DNA of 64,000 bases. Source: an uncultured delta proteobacterium (GTDB lineage Bacteria; Myxococcota_A; Polyangia; Polyangiales; Polyangiaceae). The notes under the pieces are model-generated. The model saw only the letters and a list, made by a program, of their open reading frames with translations, was not told where the DNA came from and searched no databases. Position 1 is the first letter of the stretch, and each line of letters begins with the position of its first letter. Location: assembly GCA_963716725.1 (NCBI GenBank), contig CAVQUB010000027.1, positions 1 through 64,000 on the forward strand. The letters are read 5' to 3'. The position numbers and the translations under genes are program-made. Positions 10,844 to 22,384 of the stretch are shown here, in pieces.

Positions 10844-10946
10844 GCGTTTGCGGGACGCGGCAGGTAGCGGTTTTTCGTCGAATTCCGCTTATACCGCATC
10901 GGCGCCCGGGCTGTCATGCGGTCGCCGGCCACCCGGGCTCACAGCC

Positions 10947-12762
<1,816 letters not shown>

Positions 12763-13212
12763 GAAGACGGCTACCTGCGCAATGAAATGGCCAGGCGGCG
12801 CTCACAGCGCGAAAACGGCGCACGGGGGTGAAGCGCCGGGAGGCGAGCCGAGCATTATCCCCCATAACGCACTGAAAGAGAAGATATTGTGCGGCGCAGC
12901 AAGCGGTTTGGTTGATGTTCCGCCGAGATCCCGGACGTCGCATGTCAGAGTCGTAGAGTTGCACGGGCAAACGCAGCGCTGCATTCGAAAACCCCAATTT
13001 TGTCTCGCCAGATGGCCTGTTCGCCGCCTTGTGCCGCAGGCGTCGGCCGGCGCTGCGCCAAGGTCATTGAAACTCTTGCGGCGGTGCGCGGTCATTCAAC
13101 AGCCGCGGGGGAAAGTTTGCCCCGCGTTTTTTTGCACGCCCGGCATGCGTGTCGAACCATGCCGGAGTGCTATCCTGAAAACTTCATTCAGCGTCAAGGG
13201 AGTACGTACTAC

Positions 13213-13545
13213 ATGGCTACCAGAAAACCCAAGACCGAGGCCAGTACCGATCAGTTGAAGGCGGACTTGCAACACCTGACCCAGACCATCGAAGAATTGG
13301 TCAGCGCCACCGCTGACGACACCCGCACTAACGTCAAGGAGCTCAGGGAGCGCGCCGAAAAGCGGCTCAAGGAAACCCGTGCGCGCGTCGAGGCGCGTGG
13401 CGAACAGCTATATAACGAAGCTCGAGACAACGTGCGTCATCAGGCCGATGTGTGCGATGAATACGTCCATCAGAATCCGTGGACAAGCGTTGGCATCGGC
13501 GCGGCAGTGGGCGTGGTCATCGGTCTGCTGCTCGGGCGTCGTTGA
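13213..13545 (+). CDS. ElaB/YqjD/DUF883 membrane-anchored ribosome-binding protein
   Basis: DEYVHQNPWTSVGIGAAVGVVIGLLLGRR tail. Confidence 0.9.
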   Translation: MATRKPKTEASTDQLKADLQHLTQTIEELVSATADDTRTNVKELRERAEKRLKETRARVEARGEQLYNEARDNVRHQADVCDEYVHQNPWTSVGIGAAVGVVIGLLLGRR

Positions 13546-13937
13546 TGTCGAAAGGGCCGGGGCCGGCGGAGCGTGTATTCGACGCCACCAAACGCCTGAT
13601 TTCCAGCCTCATCGAAAGCGGCGAGACGCGACTGCGCCTCGCCGTGATCGAGCTCGAAGAGGAGCGGGCCCGCCTGTTGTCGCTGTTGCTGTTCGCCGGG
13701 CTCAGCCTGGTCCTGCTGATGCTCGGCTTGACCATGCTGATGCTGCTGGTGGCGGTAGTGTTCTGGGATACGCACCGTGTCGCCGCCATCGTGGTGTGCG
13801 TGATCCTGTTGTTGGGCAGCGGCGCTGGCCTGGCGATGTGGGTGCAGACGCAGGCACGGCAGAAAACCTTTCTCAAAAGCACGCTCAAGCAACTGGACAT
13901 CGACCGTCAGTTGATGGAGAGCCGGCGTGAACCCTGA
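13545..13937 (+). CDS. YqjE-type holin-like membrane protein
   Basis: ETRLRLAVIELEEER motif, two TM helices, operon position. Confidence 0.85.
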   Translation: MSKGPGPAERVFDATKRLISSLIESGETRLRLAVIELEEERARLLSLLLFAGLSLVLLMLGLTMLMLLVAVVFWDTHRVAAIVVCVILLLGSGAGLAMWVQTQARQKTFLKSTLKQLDIDRQLMESRREP

Positions 13938-14229
13938 GCCGGATCGCGCACAGGTGCGCAAAGCCGAAAAGGCTGCGCTCGAAGCATGCATCGAGCGGCA
14001 GCGCGTCGATCTGATCGTCGAGTCGAGTCGCTGGCGCGAAGCCACCCGCGGCATCGACCACGCTTGGCACGCCATTGCGCGCTGGAAGGGGCCGCTCTAC
14101 GCGGTCGGCGGAATTGTTCTGATCGCCACGGCAAGAAAACCGGGTGCGCTCAAGCGCTGGGCACGCCGTGGTGTGGCCGGCGCCTTCCTCGCCCAGCGCG
14201 TGCGCCGACTGGTCAGCGCCTTTCGCTGA
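13927..14229 (+). CDS. YqjK-like protein
   Basis: IERQRVDL..W...T..ID..W motif; third gene of the yqjDEK-like operon. Confidence 0.75.
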   Translation: MNPEPDRAQVRKAEKAALEACIERQRVDLIVESSRWREATRGIDHAWHAIARWKGPLYAVGGIVLIATARKPGALKRWARRGVAGAFLAQRVRRLVSAFR

Positions 14230-14499
14230 AGCGCGTGCGGCAAAATTGGCGGATCGGCACAGGTCTTGCATGTCATCAGGGCCGGTCCCGCGTCGTCGGG
14301 ACGATCGATGACAAGGCGTAGCCTGATGAGCAATGATCCGAGGCGAAAAACCGGTCCGAACTTGCCGCGCATCATTATTCGTACTAGAAATAGAGAAACG
14401 CGGTCGTGTGTCTCGCGCGTGCGTATGGATTTAGTTCCGTCCCCGATCGGTAGCCTGCGCCGTTCTGCGTAAGCCGATCCCAACTATTCGAGAGTTTCG

Positions 14500-15496
14500 A
14501 TGAGGAAGTTGCGCTCGCGTCGTCGCTGGAAACTGATCGTGCTGATGGTGGCGATGTCATCGGTTTACCTGCCCAAACCTGCGCATGCCAAGTTTGACCC
14601 GCGCGATCCGCTTGGCGTCATGGAAAAGAAAGCCCACGCGGTCTCGATCGACGTTGCACCGGGTGATTGGGGGCGCGTCGCGGTGGGCGATATCCGCACG
14701 CTGCTCGAGTCGGTAACACGCGAATTTCTTGCAGTACGCCCCCGGCTTGCCGAAAGGTGTGGTGTTGCGCGTGGTTCCCCGCAGCGACGCGCCCAGGGTG
14801 CTTTACGAGCGCGGCGTCAATGGGGAATACGTCGTCCAGCTGACTGCCCGAGACGATCGGTGGTTTCAATACGCCTATCAGTTCGCGCACGAGCTGTGCC
14901 ATGTCGCGTCGAACTTCGACCACAAGGAGTTCACCGGTGACGGCGTCGAGCAGGGTAATCAGTGGTTCGAAGAAGCGCTGTGCGAGACCGCATCCCTATT
15001 TACGCTGAAGCGGCTTGCCGCAACGTGGGCCGACAGTCCGCCAAGGCGTGACTGGGCGGGCTACGGCGACGCCTTCTCGGCCTATGCGCAACACTTGTTG
15101 AGCGAACCGCACCGCAATCTGGCGGATAACCAGAGCCTGCGCGGCTGGTACGCGCAGCACGCCGAATCACTGCGGGAAGATCCCTACCTGCGGCAAAAAA
15201 ACGAAGTCGTTGCTACTGCCTTGCTGCCCCTTTTCGAGCGGCAGCCGGAATTCTGGCAGGCGATCAGCTATCTCAATCCAAACACGGCCACTGCCGGTAA
15301 ATCGTTTGCCGACTATCTTGCCGACTGGTATGACGCGTGCCCCGACAAAGCATTGCCCGCTGAAATCATGGCGCGCTTCGGCTTCGATCCGACTGCCCGC
15401 CGCACCGAGCAAGCGCGCGGTAACGTGGATAGCGGAAAGCTCGCCGATGTGACCGTCCCCCGCGGTCAGGGCGCGAGTGGCCCCGTCGGCGACTGA
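14500..15496 (+). CDS. Secreted hypothetical protein with HExxH zinc-peptidase-like motif, frameshift near 14730
   Basis: Signal peptide (AHA) in ORF 14500; QFAHELCH and WFEEALCE in ORF 14729. Confidence 0.6.
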
Positions 15497-15583
15497 CATC
15501 GGCGGAGATGATGGCCGCGGGAAGGCCGGGCGCCGGCCCGCCAGCAGCGCCAGCAGGCCTCGTCGCCTGACGCATAGCGTCTA

Positions 15584-15949
15584 TTACTCGTAGCGCTGCT
15601 TTTCCTGGATGACGCGATTGAGCTCGTCTACATAGCGGTTGAACGAGCGCGAGCCGGTGTCGGGCATCATGAACCCGGAAACATAGCCATCGAAGCCACC
15701 CAGCGGCCCGCTCGGTCCGGCAGCGCCAAAGGCTTCGGCGGCTTGCCTGTAGGCAATATCCTGGTTGAGAACTTCGACGTAGTACTCGAACCACGCCGAT
15801 CCGGTGTCGTGACCGGCCATGGTGCCGACCATCTCGTCAAAGGCCCTGTCGGAACCTGATTCGCCCGCCATTGCATGCATGGGCGTTGCCCACAAGGCGA
15901 TGGCGGCCGCGGCTGCGAGCGGCGAAAATTTAAGTTTGCGGATTGTCAT
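15584..15949 (-). CDS. Small secreted protein with internal duplication
   Basis: GAGGAG RBS, signal peptide ending AMA, two DTGS..F..YV..LN..I repeats. Confidence 0.7.
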   Translation of the reverse strand: MTIRKLKFSPLAAAAAIALWATPMHAMAGESGSDRAFDEMVGTMAGHDTGSAWFEYYVEVLNQDIAYRQAAEAFGAAGPSGPLGGFDGYVSGFMMPDTGSRSFNRYVDELNRVIQEKQRYE

Positions 15950-16270
15950 GTTGCTCTCCTCGGATTCGAAACTGGACAGGAGATCGAAACGTGCCAATTC
16001 CTGCGAAGTCTCCGGATCGTCGCGACCCTGGTTCTGCCTTCAGGCGCACTGGCCTCTCCCGCCGGCGAGGCCGCTTCCTCTTTAATTGTAGAACTGCATC
16101 GCAATAAAGAAAGTGAACGCGGAAAATCCACTTTGGCGCTAATGTTGATTCGTTTGGCCAAAGGCGTGCGCGCGCAGATCGCATGCGGGCAACGGTGATG
16201 TGCACAAATGCGGTGATGCTTGAACGCATAAGCTGTCATGGTTTATTGCCAACAAAGAGGAGTGTTAGCC

Positions 16271-16840
16271 ATGGAACTGTCGCGTCGAATCCGTCCCCTG
16301 CTGTATGTCGCGGTGGTGTCGCTGTTTGGCGCCGTGCCCGCTCACGCTTGGGATTGGGGCGGGGAGAAGACCGTCTATCTTCACGACCGCGATGGCGAAG
16401 CGCTACCCATCGGAACGGTGGTGTTTGAGCCCGAAGGCGACACACAGCATTTCTCGCTGGTGCTCGACCATTCCCGCTTCACCGATTACTTCCTGTCGAT
16501 GCGCGAGTTCAAGTGCGTCGAGGGGTCGGCCGAGATTCTCTGTCATGTGCCCTACCCCTACCCGAACCCGACAACGGTCACGCAGGACGATCTGCGCTGG
16601 CTCGAGCACGCTTTGCTGTTCCTGTTCAAGACCCCCGACGAATTTGGCGCGCGCATGTGGAACGGTGTCTATTTTCAGTTGGCGGTGACGGATGAGGGCA
16701 TTGTCGGGACGCCGCAGGCGATCGATCTGAACCACATCAGCGCGCCCCCGGCCGATGCGTCGCTGCCGCCCTTTGATCCCGACGACCGCAGTGAGATCGA
16801 GCCGGGCATGCGCTGGTTCGAGCGCCTGAGCATCCGCTGA
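16271..16840 (+). CDS. Secreted hypothetical protein
   Basis: AGAGGAG RBS, signal peptide ending AHA, biased codon use. Confidence 0.7.
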   Translation: MELSRRIRPLLYVAVVSLFGAVPAHAWDWGGEKTVYLHDRDGEALPIGTVVFEPEGDTQHFSLVLDHSRFTDYFLSMREFKCVEGSAEILCHVPYPYPNPTTVTQDDLRWLEHALLFLFKTPDEFGARMWNGVYFQLAVTDEGIVGTPQAIDLNHISAPPADASLPPFDPDDRSEIEPGMRWFERLSIR

Positions 16841-16850
16841 GCGCTGCGGC

Positions 16851-16877
16851 AAAGAAAACGGCGCCCGCAGGCGCCGT
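16851..16877 (-). terminator. Rho-independent terminator after the TonB receptor
   Basis: ACGGCGCC-CGCA-GGCGCCGT stem followed by a T-rich tract on the minus strand. Confidence 0.6.
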
Positions 16878-16933
16878 AAGTGGGACGAGAAGAAACGTCC
16901 GCAGGCCCGCCCTCGCGCGGGACGGGCCAGAGT

Positions 16934-19043
16934 CTAGAACCCGTAGCTGAGGCTCACCCCGGCGTACCAGGCGCGGCCGGGACCGGGTTCGTAGTAGCGC
17001 TGCTGCGCGTCGCCGACGACAACCGAGCCGATGTGATCGCGGTCGGCAAGGTTGTCGATGCGCAACATCTCGCCGACAGTCCAGTCGCCATGCTTCTGTT
17101 CCGCCGTGACGCGCAGGTTGAACAGCGCGTAACCGGGCGCCGCGCGATCGGTGTTGCTGTCTTCGACCTCCATGCGGCTGCGATATATCCCCTCCAGCGC
17201 AGCCGTGATACCGGTTTCTTGATGTTTGTAGGCCAGCTCGCCATATAACGTCGTGGCGGGAATGCCGGGAATGCGCCGACCGCTTTCGATCGTCATGTTT
17301 TCGCTCATGAACGCTTCGTCGTAGATTGCACGCATATGGGTGAGGCTGCCGCGCGCGGTCAGTGCGGGGCTCAGGCGCGTGTCGAGGGCCAGTTCGATTC
17401 CCTGGCGCAGCGTCGTGCCGGCGTTCTGATAGGTGGTGCGCCCGCCGGAGGAAGAAGCGACGACGATTTCGTCCTCGGTACTGATGTGAAAGAGCGCAAC
17501 GTTGACGCGGGTGTCCGCACCGAGCCGGGCTTTCGCACCAATCTCGAACTGCCGGCTGCGCGCCGGTTTGAGGTCGAGATTGAGGGTGCCGCTGCCGCTC
17601 GAATACGACAATTCGCCCAGCGTCGGCGTCTCGAAGCCGGTGCCGGCGCTGGCATACAGATTGAAATCGTCCGAGACGCGATACACCACGCCGAGCGCCG
17701 GTGTGGTTCGGCTGTAGGTCTGATCGCCGCTGTCGTCGCCATTGGCGAGGAAGTCGTCGTCGACCTCGAAGTGCACCCGGCTGTGACGCAGCCCGGCACT
17801 GAAACTCCACGGCCCGGTTTCGTAGCTGGCCTGAATGTAGGGGTCAGTGCTGGTGACGGTGTCGGTTTCGTCACGGCGCAGTGCGCCGCGCACGCCAAGC
17901 GTGGTGCCGACGAAGTTCTCGAAACCGAGCCGTGCGTCACTGGCCCAGTCATGGTCGAGGCCGGCGGTGAGGGTCAGCAGATCATCGCCGATGTCGATGT
18001 TGTGAATCCAGCGTGCACCGAGGCCGGCAAAGTCACGATCAAAATCGATCACGCCGCCCGACGAGGTCGGCGCAAACTGGGCGCCTCGGGGAATCGACAG
18101 GAATTGCACCACGCTGCGTTGCCCGGCGTAGGCCGACAGTTCCAGCCGGTGCGGGCCGAAGCGGCGCGTGTAGCTGGCACCGAGCTGGCCGTGGGCGATG
18201 TCCTTGCGGGTATTGAACGTCAGCGCCACGTCTTCGACAGCTTCTGGGTCTCGCTGGAAGGTTTCCCAGGTCACCCCCTTCGGATCCTGCGTGCCGTCCT
18301 GCTTGAGTCCGTTGGCGACCAGTGTGAGGGTGCTGTCGTCGTCCGGGTTCACGACGAATTTGGCGTAGGCCTGATCGCGGGTGGCCTGGCTGTGATCGCG
18401 GAATCCGTCGGTGTCGAAGCGTGACAGATCGAGCAGATAACCCACGCCGCTGCGGGTGCCTTCGGCGCCCACGCCCGCTTTCCAGGTACCGAAGCTGCCC
18501 GCCATGAAACGCCCGTTCACTTCCGGCGTGTCAGACGGCGCACGCGTGAAGAGCTGGATGACGCCCCCGGCGTGATTGCCATAGACGGTGGAGAACGGGC
18601 CGCGCAGCACTTCGATGCGCTCGGCCATATCGAGATTGAAGGTCGCGGCCTGTCCCTGGCCGTCGGGGTTGGTGGCCGGAATGCCGTCGGCGATCAGTTT
18701 GACGCCGCGCACGCCAAACGCCGATCGCGCGCCGAAACCACGCACCGAAATTTGCAGATCCTGCGCGTAGTTTTGCCGGTTTTGCACCACCAGCCCCGGC
18801 ACGCCGAGCAAGGACTCCGAGGCGTTGACGCCGAGTTGTCCGCGCGTGATGGTGTCGCCATCGACCACGTCGATGGCGTAAGGCAGCTCGAAGCTCTCGG
18901 TGGCGCGTGCGGCTGCCGGTGACTACCACGGGATTGAGCGTGATCATTTCTTCGGCCGCGCCGGCGCCCAGACCGAGGCCGGCGAGCAGTGCAGCGGTCA
19001 GCGGACGCGTGCGGAGGCGGGCGGCGGATCGATGGCGTGGCAT
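16934..19043 (-). CDS. TonB-dependent receptor, YncD/PqqU-like, frameshift near 18900
   Basis: Plug motif QNRQNYAQDLQISVRGFGARSAFGVRG..DGIPAT.PDGQGQ; C-terminal YYEPGPGR..F; signal peptide and TonB box (PVVVTGSR) in the adjacent frame. Confidence 0.85.
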
Positions 19044-19349
19044 GCTTGTATTCCTTGGCGGGATTCGTTCCAGGCACTGTAGCGCCGAGCGCCGGGTTCA
19101 TGCCTCATCGCTATCTGCAATGGCGACTCATGAAAATCATGAGATCGGTCGGATGGTCGATGACCTCTCCGCCTGTCACTTCGCCGCGCGGATGCTGGCG
19201 ATCATTTCATCCGCGCCGACCGCGACGGTCTGCAATTCGGTGGACGCGGGCGGGTCGGTGTCATTTGTCATGATTGACGGGGCGTAGCCCGGGCGGGAGA
19301 GAGCGTCAGAGTAGCAAAGCGTCGGCAACCGGGCGAGCGCGATGCGTGC

Positions 19350-20549
19350 TCAATCGCGGGCGACAGCGCGCACCGGGATCGGCGAATTGCGTTGATCCGT
19401 CGGCCTGGAGACAGGCGCGCCCACCCCCAGGCGGCTCGCTGCGGCCGGCTTGCGCCGCACCAGCAAGAGCGGCGCGCAGCGCGCCTCGTCGTGGTAGATG
19501 CCAACGCAATCGAGACACTGAAAACAGTCGTCGTAGCGAATCTCGCCGGTTGGCGCGATGGCGTCGTATTGGCAGCGATGGCGGCAGCTTTGGCACGGCG
19601 TGCCGCACTCGGCGCGGCGCGGCAGCCAGCCCCACAGTCGCAGCTTGCCGCCCAGCGTCATGAAGGCGCCCAGCGGACACAGATAGCGGCAGAAGAACTT
19701 ATAGACGAAGAGGCTGGCGACGATCAGTGCGACGGCATAGGCCACGAACCACGGCGCGCGATCGAAACCGACCGTGATCGCCGTCTTGAAGGGTTCGATC
19801 TCGACGCCTTTTTCGGCCAGTTGCGGCGCCAGCGCGGCAGCGGCGACGAGTGCGGCGAGAATCACGTAACGGCCGCGATCGAGCACGCGCGCCATTGTGC
19901 CGGGCAACCGCCTCGGCCGCAGCCCGAGTCGCTGGCCGACCACCGAGACAAACTCCTGCAGCGCGCCGAACGGGCACAGCCAGCCGCAGAACGTGCCACG
20001 CCCCCAGACGAAGAAGCTGATCAGCGTAAAGGCCATGATCAGCAAGGCCACCGGATCGTAAAGAAAGCTGGTCAGCGACTGGCCCGCGGCGAGCGTCTTG
20101 ACCGCGCCGGTCAGATGCACGATGGATAGCTGGCCTTGCGCATACCAGCCCAGATAGCCGAGCGTGAAGGCCAGAAAGCCGAGACGAAAATACGCCAGCC
20201 GTGCGGCCGATACGCTGATCCAGCGCGGCCGCGCAAGCACGACGGTGAGCAGGACCAAGGCCCCGGCGATGATCGCCAGTTCAAGTTTGCGGTCGTACCA
20301 GCCGAGCAACCAGTCGGGCGGCGGGGCGGGCGGTCGGCTGAAGTAGCGCTCCGGCGGCGTGTATTCGAGTGTGGCTTCACGGTGGAACTGCGTGGGTTGG
20401 AACTGGCCCTTGCTGCGCGTAATCGTGAACGCGAATTGCTGCATCGCGGCGGGATCAAGCCCGGACATTGGCGGTGCGCGCACAACGAGCGCCGTGTTGA
20501 GCGGGGGTGCGCCCGGCGGCGCCTCCGGCTCGAGATCGAAATCACGCAG
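19350..20549 (-). CDS. NosR/NirI-like membrane 4Fe-4S protein, 5' part lost at the junction
   Basis: FCGWLCPFGALQE, IEPFKTAI, FCRYLCPLGA and C..C...C ferredoxin motifs; frame runs up to LRDFDLE at 20549, then foreign sequence. Confidence 0.85.
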   Translation of the reverse strand: MRDFDLEPEAPPGAPPLNTALVVRAPPMSGLDPAAMQQFAFTITRSKGQFQPTQFHREATLEYTPPERYFSRPPAPPPDWLLGWYDRKLELAIIAGALVLLTVVLARPRWISVSAARLAYFRLGFLAFTLGYLGWYAQGQLSIVHLTGAVKTLAAGQSLTSFLYDPVALLIMAFTLISFFVWGRGTFCGWLCPFGALQEFVSVVGQRLGLRPRRLPGTMARVLDRGRYVILAALVAAAALAPQLAEKGVEIEPFKTAITVGFDRAPWFVAYAVALIVASLFVYKFFCRYLCPLGAFMTLGGKLRLWGWLPRRAECGTPCQSCRHRCQYDAIAPTGEIRYDDCFQCLDCVGIYHDEARCAPLLLVRRKPAAASRLGVGAPVSRPTDQRNSPIPVRAVARD

Positions 20550-20550
20550 T

Positions 20551-20593
20551 AAGCGATGCGATCCATACCCTTGGTTCCGTTACGTGCCTTACT
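20551..20593. other. Chimeric junction with degraded nanopore adapter-like sequence
   Basis: AGCGATGCG resembles AGCAATACG and TACCCTTGGTTCCGTTACGTGCCTTACT resembles TACTTCGTTCAGTTACGTATTGCT; gene content changes abruptly here. Confidence 0.8.
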
Positions 20594-21016
20594 TCAGCCG
20601 AGTCGAGCGAGATCTTCCAGGGACCGCGGCTCGGGGAGCTGCCCTTCCAGATCCCACACCGACCAGGCTGCCGGTTGCTCGAGCTCGGCGTAGAGCGACT
20701 GAACGTCTCGTCCCGAGTCCTCCTCGAGCGCGAGGACCAGCACGACGAACATGCCACCCGAGGGTGTGCTGCTCGACGGCACGACCCTCGAGCTCGAAAA
20801 CCCCTGGTCCAGCTCCACCCGAAAGGGCGCAGGGCCGGGCGCGTCCACGGGCCAGAGCGCTCGTCCCACCAGCGCGACCCGATTGGAGCGCACGTGGTAC
20901 ACGCCGACCAGCAAGCGCACCTCCACGCCGCCGCGGAAGAGACCATCGTGGGCCCGCGCCGTCTCGAGGGCGTCGATGGATACCTCGATCTGACGCGCTC
21001 GGATGGCGGGCGCCAT
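20594..21016 (-). CDS. Hypothetical protein, probably truncated at the junction
   Basis: Open frame with GC3-biased codons ending exactly at the junction. Confidence 0.5.
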   Translation of the reverse strand: MAPAIRARQIEVSIDALETARAHDGLFRGGVEVRLLVGVYHVRSNRVALVGRALWPVDAPGPAPFRVELDQGFSSSRVVPSSSTPSGGMFVVLVLALEEDSGRDVQSLYAELEQPAAWSVWDLEGQLPEPRSLEDLARLG

Positions 21017-21152
21017 GGCGCGCTTCTTTCGACCCCGCCGCTGGCGAGCGCGCCGTCCTCGTCCCATCGCGGTCGGGGAAGATAACCCGCGGCCGCGCGT
21101 AGGACGCGACGCACGATTTGCTCGGCGCGGCACCGCCGGAACTGGGGACCCC

Positions 21153-22286
21153 ATGAACACCTCGAAACTACTGAAGAAAGCCTTTTGCATCAGCGCCTTG
21201 CCGCTGCTCCTCGCCCTCTCGACCGGCAGCGTCGGCTGCCTGGGCCACTCGGGCGCTTCGGATGTGGCCCAGGGCCAGCGCTACCAGTCGGGTGACCCCA
21301 CCTACGACCAGTTCTTCGAGAACGTGCACGAGTTGTCCGTGAAGCTGTCGAGCGCTCCCAAGACCGAGGGCAACTTGCGAATGGCGCTCGCCAAGGAGGT
21401 CGGCGTGGAGCCCGAAGAGGACGACCCGCCGATGGCCGCGTCCACGCCGGCGCAGGCTGCAGCTTCTACGCCCGAAGCTGCCTCGCCAACCGATGCGTAC
21501 AAAGATCAGCTCCAGAATAGCGCGATCAACGCGGTGCCCGGCGGGGCCGCGGTGAACTCGTTGATTGGCCAGTTCAACCAGATCAAAGCGAGCGTCGCAC
21601 AGGTGAAGACCATGGGCGCCGCCACGTCGCCCGCGACGGAGCCGACGCAACCCTCGGCGCCGGCCGCCAAGCGGGAGCCCAAGGCGCCGAGCGCGCCGCT
21701 GATCGCCAAGGCGGTTCAGCAACGCTCCGAGAAGCTCGGATTCGAGATGAAGCTCAGGGTCGAGCGCACCGAGTCCAAGGCCAAGGTCCTCACTCGGGGA
21801 GACGCCGCTGATGGCATCAGACTCGCTCGCCTGGTCGAGAAGACCGCCGAGGGTGAACTCGAGCTGGCCGCTGAAATGCAAGCCGCGAAGAAGAAGCTCT
21901 CGAAGCTCGCGTCGATCGGCGCAGCGCTCGAAGCCAACGCCGACTCGACCTTCCGGAAGTCGCGCGCGAAGGCGAGCGAGGTGAAGAAGAACCTCACCGA
22001 CGCCAAGGCGCTGATCGAGCTGATGGAGTCCCGGGCCGACGCGGTCGCCAAGGACGCCTCGCAGATGGTGGACAAGCTGCAGCTGGCCGCGGCGGCGGAC
22101 ATCGACGAGGCCGGCCCAGCGGAGGCCGCTCCCACCCAGCCCGCCGAGAAGCCGGCCACGGCGGCCAAAGCCAAGGAGCGCGCGGCGGCGCCCAAGGCCA
22201 AGGAAAGCGCCAAGCACCCCGAGCCCGCTCGGCCCCGGACCCCTGCACCCGCAGGCAAGACGGTGTTTGCCGATTTCGAGCCCTGA
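21153..22286 (+). CDS. Helical/coiled-coil lipoprotein, hypothetical
   Basis: Signal peptide with SVGC lipobox; Ala/Lys-rich helices. Confidence 0.7.
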   Translation: MNTSKLLKKAFCISALPLLLALSTGSVGCLGHSGASDVAQGQRYQSGDPTYDQFFENVHELSVKLSSAPKTEGNLRMALAKEVGVEPEEDDPPMAASTPAQAAASTPEAASPTDAYKDQLQNSAINAVPGGAAVNSLIGQFNQIKASVAQVKTMGAATSPATEPTQPSAPAAKREPKAPSAPLIAKAVQQRSEKLGFEMKLRVERTESKAKVLTRGDAADGIRLARLVEKTAEGELELAAEMQAAKKKLSKLASIGAALEANADSTFRKSRAKASEVKKNLTDAKALIELMESRADAVAKDASQMVDKLQLAAAADIDEAGPAEAAPTQPAEKPATAAKAKERAAAPKAKESAKHPEPARPRTPAPAGKTVFADFEP

Positions 22287-22384
22287 ATTCCGGTATTTCT
22301 TGAATTTTGCCAGGTAAGCGCAGTTGTGCGCACAATGTAGGCTTATGTATTGAACACGGAGCTGTTCATGCTACATGAGGCTAC

